From the NCBI GenBank assembly GCA_016198685.1, contig JACQID010000008.1, positions 1-64,000 on the forward strand: a DNA stretch of 64,000 nucleotides, read 5' to 3'. Position numbers and translations under genes: made by a program. Of the stretch, positions 1-9,194 are shown piece by piece. Position 1 is the first letter of the stretch; every line of letters begins with the position of its first letter. The notes beneath the pieces were generated by a model, which saw only the letters and a list, made by a program, of their open reading frames with translations, did not search any database and was not told the DNA's origin. Origin of the DNA: Candidatus Aenigmatarchaeota archaeon (GTDB lineage Archaea > Aenigmatarchaeota > Aenigmatarchaeia > GW2011-AR5).

Positions 1-161
1 ATCTAATATATTCTATAGAATATAGATGAACCCTCACCCATTTGTGAGGGTTAAAGTGACTGCCTATATTATACTAAAGTGTTACAAAGCACAACCAATC
101 ATTCCGAGTCAATAATTATAAACACCGCTTATGACGATTAGAGACTGTAAATTTATAGAAT

Positions 162-767
162 TTAGCGTTCGTAAAGTTTGCGTGGATTCGCATGAGACGG
201 GGGTTTGAAAATAGGATCTGCTCGCTTCGGTGACGTGACAACGTCTACGCAGAAGAGATCTGTAACGTCTTCACCGAGGTGTTGGAAATCCACTGGCATG
301 GGATTGTGTTCGCGGTCATAATCCAGCGACATTCCTATGCCGCCCGGCTCGGTAATTACAATTTCCTGGCGATGGCGCTCATCGGCCTCATCCCCATAAC
401 TATAGACACTTGAGCTTGCATTCGAGTTGCCGCGCATGTTAATAGTTATATCAGCAGCATCCGATGCAGCAACTTTTATATCTACTCTCGTTATTCTGCT
501 TGCGCCCTGAAGGTTATCCCAGCCATATCCGGCTATTCCCGTGCCGGGATATGCTCTTTCAACCATGCTATTCAGGGTTCGATAGTGCCTATTCCATGCC
601 TTGTCGGAAGGCAATACAAGAGTCCTCCTTTCGCAATTTTCGATCGGGTATCTCAATATTACCCGTGCATTGTCCCGTGGAGCATTCACCGCCCCGGCAA
701 CGCCTCCCGTTATAGCCAAGGCCGCTGCTATTGCAAGAGCGCCCTTCCAATAATTGCTAAAGTTCAT
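162..767 (-). CDS. Hypothetical secreted or membrane-anchored protein (201 aa)
   Basis: N-terminal basic plus hydrophobic segment (KGALAIAAALAITGGVAGA) resembles a signal peptide; TTTAAATA box about 21 nt upstream of the ATG; no family recognised. Confidence 0.7.
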   Translation of the reverse strand: MNFSNYWKGALAIAAALAITGGVAGAVNAPRDNARVILRYPIENCERRTLVLPSDKAWNRHYRTLNSMVERAYPGTGIAGYGWDNLQGASRITRVDIKVAASDAADITINMRGNSNASSSVYSYGDEADERHRQEIVITEPGGIGMSLDYDREHNPMPVDFQHLGEDVTDLFCVDVVTSPKRADPIFKPPSHANPRKLYER

Positions 768-790
768 TGCATAGGCTTGGGAGTAACTTA

Positions 791-846
791 TTTAAACATT
801 GAATTCGGCCGTATTAACACGCGGACGAAACAACGGGAATTCGATG
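791..846. repeat. Structured 56-bp element, copy 1 (copy 2 at 12599-12655)
   Basis: tttaaacattgaattcggccgtattaacacgcggacgaaacaacgggaattcgatg; differs from copy 2 by 2 substitutions and 1 indel. Confidence 0.9.
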
Positions 847-874
847 CGCAAATCCAGCGCTTGAAAGCGGCGCA

Positions 875-1684
875 TCATCTGTGGCCGGCACGGGGCACGT
901 GGCGTCCTGAGCCGCCTTCCGCATAAGTAAAGTTGCTGCCCCATCCCGTGGGGACGGGTGCGGTAAGGGATGCGTCGTTCTTTTTGACAATGCCGATAGA
1001 CGGCAAAATTGCGTCAAATTCTTCGAAGCCGTCTGGATCGAGGACGCAAGGTATGATAACGCCGGAATGGCCGCGAGCGATCGCGTCCAGATAATCCGTT
1101 AGCCTGTTTCCGCGCAGCATATCTTCTTCATTGGCCCATAGAACTTTGAGCAGGGCGCTGTAGAAACCCGCGACCTGATCATCCGGGCAGGCGTTTCTTG
1201 CAGCGATTATCTGGGAGTGGAAGCCGCGCCTTTGCCGCAAGTCCGCCTTTGTATCGGGGCATTCCCTGTACACAGACGTAATTGTCTTTATTGCGCCCGG
1301 CTGGGGCTCTACCGCGATGTTTTCCCATCTTTGTTTCTGGCAGGCAAAAAGCTTGCGGTAGAAATTTTCGACCACGTCAGGATATAATTCCGTCAACTCG
1401 GGCGGCGCAGGAAGAGGTGAACTCGGGTATTTTTCAAACATTGCTTTTCCCTCCCCATATACTACCGCGCCATCGGGAAGCGATCGGCTGGAAAGCCACA
1501 CGAGCGCGTCATATACTTGGGCGGGCGTATAATTAGGATGGGAGATTTCGGAAACACGAAAGGGGCCGTCATTTTCTTTCAGCCTGAAAAATACATATCG
1601 GCGCAGAGTGTTTATAGAAGATTCCGTAATGCCCGGCGCATGAGAGACGCGCCCCCCTGAAGAGTTTGAAGACGAGCGTGCCAT
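875..1684 (-). CDS. Hypothetical protein (269 aa)
   Basis: Long ORF filling the gap, with no credible competing ORF; no recognisable motif. Confidence 0.7.
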   Translation of the reverse strand: MARSSSNSSGGRVSHAPGITESSINTLRRYVFFRLKENDGPFRVSEISHPNYTPAQVYDALVWLSSRSLPDGAVVYGEGKAMFEKYPSSPLPAPPELTELYPDVVENFYRKLFACQKQRWENIAVEPQPGAIKTITSVYRECPDTKADLRQRRGFHSQIIAARNACPDDQVAGFYSALLKVLWANEEDMLRGNRLTDYLDAIARGHSGVIIPCVLDPDGFEEFDAILPSIGIVKKNDASLTAPVPTGWGSNFTYAEGGSGRHVPRAGHR

Positions 1685-1819
1685 GAAAAAATATGGCCGC
1701 CTTGTTTAAATTGTTTTTTGACGCGTCCTGCAAGGAACTGAAACCCTGTTTACAGGATGATCTGTGATAGCATGATTATTTCAGATGGGAATATGATTCT
1801 GCCATATCGGGCAGAAGAA

Positions 1820-2227
1820 TCACTTCTTCGCTTCGTTCTTCACGACGTTCGGGAACTGCATGGGTGGAGGAAGTCGTACATCCGAGCAGATTTCCACGGC
1901 TTTTGCAAGGCATCGTCTGAATATGGCATTGAGGACTTCAACCGCAATGTCATCATCGAGTCTCTTTTCCTTGTCCCATTTTTCCTGCATTTCTTTGGGC
2001 TTATCAGAACTATAAAGAACCTCGCCCTCAATGACGAGTTTGCCGACATCAGGATCGTAATTTGTTTCAAACGCATAAGCTATTGAGACCACGTTTTTTA
2101 TGCCGAGCAGGCCGTTGTGAACCTTCACGGATTTAACGCGTGGACTGCTTGATACATTGACATTAGCGGCTGTTTTGCCGTTGCTTTTAGCCTCTATTCT
2201 GTCGAAATTCACCGCAAGTATGGGCAT
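1820..2227 (-). CDS. Conserved archaeal hypothetical protein (135 aa)
   Basis: Pattern G-x-L-x-I-x-G-x-V-L-Y ... N-x-I-x-x-x-C ... LPPP-x-x-FP recalls an uncharacterised archaeal family; family assignment from memory only. Confidence 0.75.
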   Translation of the reverse strand: MPILAVNFDRIEAKSNGKTAANVNVSSSPRVKSVKVHNGLLGIKNVVSIAYAFETNYDPDVGKLVIEGEVLYSSDKPKEMQEKWDKEKRLDDDIAVEVLNAIFRRCLAKAVEICSDVRLPPPMQFPNVVKNEAKK

Positions 2228-2315
2228 ATTATCACGATTTACTAATAGGGCAACGTTTTTATATTTATCATGGACATTAATGTTTTTACATAATTTTCAA
2301 TTATACGTGATACTA

Positions 2316-2564
2316 ATGAAGCTGACGCCTGCGGAGGAGAAACTGCTCAAGAAGATAGGGGAAGCCCAGCTTATCACCAAGGCAGAACTCAAGGAATTCA
2401 TAGTCAATAACAATGGCGTGACGCCTAAGGACGCTTCTAGCCTCCTGGATATGGCAACAAGAAGCTTGATGGAAAAGGATCTTGTGTCCGTGATAAATCC
2501 TATCGGTTCCACGTGCTACATTATCACGCGCGACGGCTCCAAACTTCTCCGTGACAATGACTGA
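2316..2564 (+). CDS. Small winged-helix-like protein (82 aa)
   Basis: Start moved to ATG 2316 (MKLTPAEEKLL); C-terminal L-x-E-K-x-L-V ... Y-I-I-T-x-x-G is typical of a wHTH wing. Confidence 0.7.
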   Translation: MKLTPAEEKLLKKIGEAQLITKAELKEFIVNNNGVTPKDASSLLDMATRSLMEKDLVSVINPIGSTCYIITRDGSKLLRDND

Positions 2565-2626
2565 GTTCTTTAAAATATCAGGCTATAGCGAGCCGTTAAT
2601 AATTCAGGCATTATGAAGGGTTAACA

Positions 2627-2671
2627 TATAGTTCCTAAGCGTGTAATATCCCTGTTGCTTGGAGAGCTATA
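2627..2671. other. Intergenic hairpin overlapping the tRNA-Gln TATA box
   Basis: tatagttcctaagc ... gcttggagagctata imperfect inverted repeat. Confidence 0.45.
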
Positions 2672-2699
2672 AATTCTTTTCCGATAATTCCTTAACTAC

Positions 2700-2803
2700 A
2701 GCCCCGTCGTCTAGTGGTCATTTCGTTTCTTTTTGGAAACGGAAACACAAAAGGATGCAAGCCTCTGGAGCTTGATACAGCGGTTCGAATCCGCTCGGGG
2801 CTA
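2700..2803 (+). tRNA. tRNA-Gln(CTG) with a 31-nt D-loop intron (about 2720-2750)
   Basis: Acceptor AGCCCCG/CGGGGCT; anticodon arm CAAGC-CTCTGGA-GCTTG; T arm AGCGG-TTCGAAT-CCGCT; extra hairpin in the D-loop forms a relaxed BHB. Confidence 0.93.
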
Positions 2804-2833
2804 TTTTAAATGTTCAAAAAGAAAATAATTCAT

Positions 2834-3022
2834 ATGGCCAAGAAACTTTACCGTTCAAGAACAAACCGGATTCTAGGCGGCGTCTGCGGAGGCATAGGGG
2901 AATACTTTGATGTCGATGCAAACATCGTAAGAATTCTCTTCCTTATCTCAGGCGCGGGTCTCATGATTTATCTGATAGCCTGGATCCTCATTCCCGAGGA
3001 GCCTGTCAGGAGAAAGAAGTAA
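2834..3022 (+). CDS. pspC: PspC-domain membrane protein
   Basis: KKLYRSRTNRILGGVCGGIGEYF...YLIAWILIPEE is the PspC signature; alternative start at 2810. Confidence 0.9.
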   Translation: MAKKLYRSRTNRILGGVCGGIGEYFDVDANIVRILFLISGAGLMIYLIAWILIPEEPVRRKK

Positions 3023-3113
3023 TTTCCAATGCGTTTTTAGTTTTCATTCGAGCTTATGAGAATTAATTTTTTCATTAATATGATTATAAAAATGCTATAA
3101 ATAAAACTGTTAA

Positions 3114-3401
3114 ATGAAGGCTATCGAGTTTTTTGTTCATATTATATTTTTTATTGTTGGAATGATATTATCATGGACGTTGCTCAAGCCCTCAAATCTT
3201 GGATTATGGTTGGCTATTTCATTCGTTATATTTCTTGTCTATCTATTCAGCAAATCCAGCCCGCAACTTAAGACGTCATTCTCATTTCTTATGATGCTAT
3301 TTGCAGGAATATTTCTTGCATTCTGGACGATTAGCGGTTCGGAGAAATTCCTAGTAGGCGTAATAATAGCAATAGTTATTGCCGGCTTGAATATGCTGTA
3401 G
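3114..3401 (+). CDS. Small multi-pass membrane protein (95 aa)
   Basis: Three to four hydrophobic segments; AT-rich; stop abuts the carB stop. Confidence 0.65.
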   Translation: MKAIEFFVHIIFFIVGMILSWTLLKPSNLGLWLAISFVIFLVYLFSKSSPQLKTSFSFLMMLFAGIFLAFWTISGSEKFLVGVIIAIVIAGLNML

Positions 3402-6400
3402 CTATACTTTGACCAACTCTTCAATATTGTTCTTGCTTAGGGCATTCGCCATCGTGCGGAACAGTTCCATGTTCGTTATGACAGGCACGCCGAATTCCAC
3501 GGATTTTTTCCTTATGAGTTGCTCATCTTGTATCGTTTGAACGACGTTTGATGACAGGGACGGAATGTTCACGACCATGTCAAGCTTCTTGCCTATCAGA
3601 TAATCAAGGAGGTTGGGTTGCTTATCCTCATTGACCTTGTACAGGGTCTCGCATTTTATCCCCTTGGATGAGAGGAACCTTGCGGTATCCTCAGTTGCGT
3701 ATATTCTGAATTTTTGTGAGAGCATACGCGTCGGCTCTTCTATCTTGGTTTTGTCCCCTCCTACAGTTATGAAAATAGAACCATCTTTAGGTATCCTTAT
3801 GCCTCCGGCTGTGGCGGACTTGAGGAACGCTTCTTCAAAGGAAGCGCCAAAACACGCGACTTCTCCTGTTGAAACCATTTCAACTCCGGTTACAGGGTCG
3901 GCGCCTAGCCGTGTAAACGAGAACTGCGGGAACTTGACGCCGTATATGGTTGGTTCCGTATAGACTTCGGTAACCTTATTTTCCATCATGGCTCGCGCAG
4001 CTATTTCCATCATGTTTTTCCCTATAGTCTTGGAAACAAACGGCATGCTCCGTGACGCGCGCAAATTGCATTCTATCACGTATATGCCGCCTTTCTTTAG
4101 CAGGTATTGCATATTGAAAGGGCCTTTGATATCAAGCGCATCAGCTATTTTTTCAGTAATGCGTATGAGATTATTCTTCTCATCTTGAGACACATTTAGC
4201 GCTGGCAACATCATGGTAGCATCCCCTGAGTGAACGCCAGCGTCTTCAATATGTTCAAGTATGGCTGCAACAAACGTTTTATCCCCCCGCACGCCGTCAA
4301 CCTCAACCTCCTTTGCCTTTAGGAGGAATTTTGAAATCGCGATAGATGAGTCGTCCGGCACCAGCTTCATGAAATCACTAAGTTGTTCGTCGCTGAACGC
4401 TACGTTCATTGACGAACCTGAAAGAACATATGACGGCCTTATGAGTACAGGGTAGCCAACATGTTTAGCAAAATTTTTGGCGTCTGCGGCGCTTTTTAGC
4501 ATAGTCCACTGCGGCTGCTGGATTCCTATGCTGTCAAGGAGCGACGAGAATTTTACGCGGTCCTCGGCGCGATCTATATTCTCGGCTTTTGTACCGATGA
4601 TGTTCATGCCGTATTTTGCAAGCGCTGTTGCAAGATTGTTAGGAATTTGGCCGCCGACGGAAACTACAATACCTAAAGGATTCTCCTTATCCGCTATGTC
4701 AAGCACCCGTTCGAGGGTAAGTTCGTCGAAGTAAAGCTTGTCGATGATATCATAGTCAGTGGAAACGGTCTCGGGATTATAATTAATCATTATGACTTCA
4801 TCTGCATATTTTTTCATCGCTTGCGCCGTATTGACGCAGCACCAGTCAAATTCAACTGAAGAGCCTATGCGGTAGCAGCCCGAGCCCAGGACTATTATTT
4901 TCTTTTTTTCTTTAAACAAAATGTCATCTTCAGTGCCGCCATAGGTCAGGTAAAGATAGTTTGTTCTTGCCTCCCATTCGGCAGCCGTCGTATCTATTTG
5001 CCTCACTGCCGGCACTATACCCATTTCTTTTCTGAGCGACCTTATCTCATCTTCTTTGCTATCCATAAGACTTGCTATTCTCTTGTCCGAGAAACCCAAG
5101 CGCTTGGCGCGGAAAATTGCATCTTTAGTCATGCTTATGCTTTTTTCAGCATCCACAATATTTTTTATTTTGGAAATAAACCATGAATCTATTTTCGTCA
5201 GGAAAGCTACCTGCTCCACGCTCATGCTTCTCAATGCATTGGCAATATGGAATACGCGGCGGTCATTGGGAGTTTCAAGCATCGAAATATCCGCTTCGCC
5301 GTTCATATATGTAAGCTCTTTGCCGACATCCAGCATGCGAACGGCTTTCTGCAGCGCCTCTTCAAAGCGCGTGCCGATCGCCATCACTTCGCCCACGGAC
5401 TTCATTTGCGTGCCTATCGTGGGATCAATATCCTTGAATTTCTGGAAGTCCCATCTTGGCATTTTGACTACGACATAATCAAGCGCCGGCTCAAAGCAAG
5501 CGCTCGTTGCGGTCATCTTGTTCTTTAATTCATGCAAACGATGGCCAAGCGATAATTTCGCAGCTATGTATGCTATAGGGTAGCCTGTTGCTTTGCTCGC
5601 AAGCGCAGAGCTTCTCGAGAGACGGGAATTTACTTCTATTACCTTGAACGTATGGCTTCTGGGATCAAGTGCATATTGAATATTGCATTCGCCTACTATG
5701 CCGAGCGCGCGAACGACCTTAAGAGCGGTTGTTCTTAGCATATGATACTCCTCGTCATTGAGCGTCTGCGACGGCGCGACGACTATTGAATCGCCCGTAT
5801 GCACGCCCATTGGATCAAAATTCTCCATGTTGCATATGATTATGCAATTGTCGTCCCGGTCACGCATGACCTCGTATTCAAGCTCTTTCCAGCCGTCAAG
5901 ATATTCTTCAACAAGAATCTGCCTTATGCGGCTGTATGATAGACCACGATAGGAAATTTCTTTTAATTCTGCGTCGTTATGGGCCACGCCTGACCCATAG
6001 CCGCCGAGCGTATAGGCTACGCGCACTATGACAGGATACCCTATTTCTTTTGCGGCCTTGAGAGCATCTGTCACAGAATTTGCTTCCATGCTTCTTGGGA
6101 CAGGAACATTATTTTGCTCCATCAGCGACCGGAATTTTTCCCTATCGCTTGCCAGTTTTATGCTCTCAGGTCCTGTGCCAAGAACGACAACGCCGTATTT
6201 TTCAAGTATACCGGTTTCATGCAGTTCCATGCCGCAATTGAGCGCCGTCTGGCCGCCAAAACCTAATAGTATCCCGTCAGGCAGTTCCTTGGCTATCACC
6301 TTTTCGACGAACGCGGGCGTTATAGGGATGGAGTATACCTTGCCTGCAAATCCCGGGTCGGTCTGGACAGTAGCTATGTTAGGATTGACAAGCACCGTTT

Positions 6401-6509
6401 CGATGCCTTCTTCCTTGAGAGCCTTTATTGCCTGGGAACCGGAGTAGTCGAATTCTCCCGCCTCCCCGATCTTGATTGCGCCCGACCCGATAATAAGGAC
6501 TTTTTTCAT
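3402..6509 (-). CDS. carB: Carbamoyl-phosphate synthase large subunit
   Basis: GSGAIKIGEAGEFDYSG, ENFDPMGVHTGDS, duplicated ATP-grasp halves, C-terminal MGS-like domain. Confidence 0.98.
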   Translation of the reverse strand: MKKVLIIGSGAIKIGEAGEFDYSGSQAIKALKEEGIETVLVNPNIATVQTDPGFAGKVYSIPITPAFVEKVIAKELPDGILLGFGGQTALNCGMELHETGILEKYGVVVLGTGPESIKLASDREKFRSLMEQNNVPVPRSMEANSVTDALKAAKEIGYPVIVRVAYTLGGYGSGVAHNDAELKEISYRGLSYSRIRQILVEEYLDGWKELEYEVMRDRDDNCIIICNMENFDPMGVHTGDSIVVAPSQTLNDEEYHMLRTTALKVVRALGIVGECNIQYALDPRSHTFKVIEVNSRLSRSSALASKATGYPIAYIAAKLSLGHRLHELKNKMTATSACFEPALDYVVVKMPRWDFQKFKDIDPTIGTQMKSVGEVMAIGTRFEEALQKAVRMLDVGKELTYMNGEADISMLETPNDRRVFHIANALRSMSVEQVAFLTKIDSWFISKIKNIVDAEKSISMTKDAIFRAKRLGFSDKRIASLMDSKEDEIRSLRKEMGIVPAVRQIDTTAAEWEARTNYLYLTYGGTEDDILFKEKKKIIVLGSGCYRIGSSVEFDWCCVNTAQAMKKYADEVIMINYNPETVSTDYDIIDKLYFDELTLERVLDIADKENPLGIVVSVGGQIPNNLATALAKYGMNIIGTKAENIDRAEDRVKFSSLLDSIGIQQPQWTMLKSAADAKNFAKHVGYPVLIRPSYVLSGSSMNVAFSDEQLSDFMKLVPDDSSIAISKFLLKAKEVEVDGVRGDKTFVAAILEHIEDAGVHSGDATMMLPALNVSQDEKNNLIRITEKIADALDIKGPFNMQYLLKKGGIYVIECNLRASRSMPFVSKTIGKNMMEIAARAMMENKVTEVYTEPTIYGVKFPQFSFTRLGADPVTGVEMVSTGEVACFGASFEEAFLKSATAGGIRIPKDGSIFITVGGDKTKIEEPTRMLSQKFRIYATEDTARFLSSKGIKCETLYKVNEDKQPNLLDYLIGKKLDMVVNIPSLSSNVVQTIQDEQLIRKKSVEFGVPVITNMELFRTMANALSKNNIEELVKV

Positions 6510-7546
6510 TTTTTCATCAGCTCGATAAACTTGTCAAAAAGAAATTCCGTATCCCGCGGCCCGGGGGATGCCTCGGGGTGGAACTGTACTGCGAAGAACG
6601 GCAAAGTCTTGTGTGTCATGCCTTCCATAGTTCTGTCATTTATATCGAGCATTGTCGCTTCCGCGTAATCAGGAAGATTGTTGACTTCATAGCCGTGGTT
6701 CTGGGACGTTATGTAGCACTTGTTTGTTTTCACGTCGATACACGCATGATTTTGCCCGCGGTGGCCGAACTTTAGTTTGCGTGTCGCGCCGCCCATAGAC
6801 AGGGCGAGTATTTGCATGCCAAGGCATATGCCGAATATCGGGATCTTGTATTCCATGAGCTGCTGTACGGCGCTTATTGTTGATTTTGCCATGGTAGGAT
6901 CGCCCGGACCGTTCGATATGAGGATGCCCTGAGGAGCATATGACATTATTTTATCTGCACTGTAAGATGCAGGCAATCGCAATACTCTTGCGTCTCTTGC
7001 CAGCAACGAACGAATTATGTTCTCTTTAGCGCCGCAGTCAATAACGGCTATTGTCGGCCCGGTGCCTTGATAAATTATAGGCTGTTTCACGGTAACCAGG
7101 GACACAAGGTCGGTCTGATTGGGGTCCTTGATGTCCGGCATTATCGGCGTATCGCTAATAGCTCCGAGCATGGTGCCTTTTGCGCGCAGAATTTTTGTCA
7201 GGCGTCTTGTGTCTATGCCTGATATTCCCGGGATGCCATGCTTTTTTAATGTTTCATGCAGCGTAGAAAATGCGCTCCTGTGGCTTGGGGTCTTGCAGTC
7301 TTCGCTTGTCACATAGCCCTCTATTTTGGGCGAAGCCGATTCAAAATCGTTTTCATCGATACCATAATTCCCTATTAGAGGGAAAGTCTGGCATAGTATC
7401 TGCCCTTTGTAAGAAGGATCGCTTATGGTTTCTGTATAACCGGTCATGCCAGTGTTAAATACAACTTCGCCGCTTGTAATGGCAGGGCTTCCGAATGACT
7501 GGCCTTCAAAGACAGATCCGTTTTCTAGAACAAGATATCTCTTCAA
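6506..7546 (-). CDS. carA: Carbamoyl-phosphate synthase small subunit
   Basis: GEVVFNTGMTGY, SNGPGDP, GICLG (catalytic Cys), QFHPEASPGP; 4-bp overlap with carB. Confidence 0.98.
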   Translation of the reverse strand: MKRYLVLENGSVFEGQSFGSPAITSGEVVFNTGMTGYTETISDPSYKGQILCQTFPLIGNYGIDENDFESASPKIEGYVTSEDCKTPSHRSAFSTLHETLKKHGIPGISGIDTRRLTKILRAKGTMLGAISDTPIMPDIKDPNQTDLVSLVTVKQPIIYQGTGPTIAVIDCGAKENIIRSLLARDARVLRLPASYSADKIMSYAPQGILISNGPGDPTMAKSTISAVQQLMEYKIPIFGICLGMQILALSMGGATRKLKFGHRGQNHACIDVKTNKCYITSQNHGYEVNNLPDYAEATMLDINDRTMEGMTHKTLPFFAVQFHPEASPGPRDTEFLFDKFIELMKK

Positions 7547-7652
7547 TATAACCCTCTCATATTCTGAAGTAAAAACTTAAAAAGTGGTATCTACGCTGCA
7601 AATTTAACGTCATGCACGATTCATAACGCCTGCCGGTTCTAGTAGGGCTAGT

Positions 7653-8228
7653 TTACACCCGAAGCTCGCCGCGGAATCCTCTGGCGACATAGTAAGATTC
7701 TGCGCCGTTGTGATACACGAAGACATGGCCATAGCGGCGATCAGCAAAAAGGGCACCGTCAAGTTTTCTGATATCGGAAGGTGTCTTCACCCAGCTTGAT
7801 GTCTTCGTATCGAACTTTCCAAGTTTCTGCAATTCCCGGTATTGTTCTTCCGTTAAAAGCTCAATGCCCATCTCGGTTGCCATCCCAATAGCGCTATTTT
7901 CCGGTTTATGTTCTTTCCTTGACTCCAGCGCTTCATGGTCGTAACAAACACTTCTGCGGCCTTTAGGGCTTTCCGCCGAACAATCGCAAAAAATATATTC
8001 GCCCGTCTTTTTATTATAGTCAACGACATCCGGTTCACCGCCAGTTCTTTCCATTTCATTGAGTGACCGCAGTTTCCCACTATTAGCTTCCAGCCTTGCT
8101 TGTACTTTAGCCCATTCAAGATCTTTATGACGGTTCGTGTTTTTCTCAAAACGGGCTTGCAACGCTCTGAGTAGTTCTTCACGTTGTTTTGGCGACAACT
8201 CCTTTTTATTGTCATTAATGTTGTTCAT
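7653..8228 (-). CDS. DUF4256-family protein
   Basis: MERTGGEPDVV, DCSAESPKGRRSVCYD, YHNGAESYY-x-x-RGFRG match this mainly bacterial family as I recall it. Confidence 0.85.
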   Translation of the reverse strand: MNNINDNKKELSPKQREELLRALQARFEKNTNRHKDLEWAKVQARLEANSGKLRSLNEMERTGGEPDVVDYNKKTGEYIFCDCSAESPKGRRSVCYDHEALESRKEHKPENSAIGMATEMGIELLTEEQYRELQKLGKFDTKTSSWVKTPSDIRKLDGALFADRRYGHVFVYHNGAESYYVARGFRGELRV

Positions 8229-8439
8229 ATTTCTCTTTGTTATAGTATTTTCCCTTAATTATTAGTAAATTATGAACGTTTATTAAGCATACAATTTTTC
8301 AGGGAATTTTGATGAAGCGAAGCGTAATCCTTATGGTATACATCTTTCGGCGCATGAGAAAGAAATGCGTCAATTTCGGCGACTTGAACTTACGACCCAA
8401 CCTTATAAAGATTTTTAATCAGCTAATCAATGCGAGAAG

Positions 8440-8718
8440 ATGCTGAATATTTTCAGGAAAAATACTGTATATAGCAATCTAAAACCGGGTGATATCGTCT
8501 ATTTCTCGGACATGCACTATCCGGAACTGCATCCGGCAGGTTCGGTCGTTGAACTTTTGGCTAACGGAATGGTGCGTTTGGATTCCGGATGCAACGACAG
8601 CTATAGAGGCCTTGCCAGGTATTCTGAAAGGCATTCTTCAGTTCTCACTACGCTCCCGATAAAGGCAAAGAATCATTTCAAAAATCAAAAGCACTCTTCT
8701 AAAGCGGTGGATTTTTAA
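8440..8718 (+). CDS. Hypothetical protein (92 aa), possibly KOW/SH3-like
   Basis: LKPGDIVY...GSVVELL...MVRL beta-strand pattern; weak. Confidence 0.5.
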   Translation: MLNIFRKNTVYSNLKPGDIVYFSDMHYPELHPAGSVVELLANGMVRLDSGCNDSYRGLARYSERHSSVLTTLPIKAKNHFKNQKHSSKAVDF

Positions 8719-8741
8719 GATTCGTGTTGCAATAATCTACT

Positions 8742-9194
8742 ATGAAAGAAGAGACAAAAAAGAAAGCGATGGTGCTTTTCATAGTCGGAAGCTTGTTCCT
8801 CTCGTCCATTGCATTCTTCGTTATAGGCTTTGCAACCAGCAGCGCTCCGCCTGAAATAGAGCCGCTTACCTCTTTCGTTCTTGAAAAAGAGCTTTCAAGG
8901 GAATCAGAGAGCTTCTACATAAGCAATGGATTCACCGTGCTGAAATTATTCCATCATAATTCCAGCCTTGATGAATTTGCCAATGGCCTGCCGGATTCCA
9001 TGACAACAGTAGGCGGGCAGAGGCAGTTGATTGTGGAAAAGATACCTGCGAACCAGACTTATGTGACTATTGAGAGCCTCAATGGGAAGCAGGTAGTTAA
9101 TAATCCTGACGAAGAGAAAATAACAGCCGTTTTATGCGAGGGATTGATGCTCAAGCCTTCTGTCTGCCTTTTCGGAAACCTTAGCGCATCTTAG
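8742..9194 (+). CDS. Membrane-anchored hypothetical protein (150 aa)
   Basis: N-terminal TM helix; C-terminal LC...P..C pair. Confidence 0.75.
   Translation: MKEETKKKAMVLFIVGSLFLSSIAFFVIGFATSSAPPEIEPLTSFVLEKELSRESESFYISNGFTVLKLFHHNSSLDEFANGLPDSMTTVGGQRQLIVEKIPANQTYVTIESLNGKQVVNNPDEEKITAVLCEGLMLKPSVCLFGNLSAS

Noticed and set aside
791-846. Hammerhead ribozyme reading of the repeat (GGACGAAAC)
   Set aside because: No CUGAUGA core and no stem III with a UH cleavage site on either strand
2157-2315. N-terminal extension of the wHTH ORF given in the track
   Set aside because: Overlaps the divergent gene at 1820-2227 and its promoter; ATG 2316 is preferred
8380-8410. tRNA-like fragment on the minus strand (GGTCGTAAGTTCAAGTC)
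   Set aside because: No complementary T-stem or acceptor stem, and it does not match the tRNAs in this window, so it cannot be called an att site
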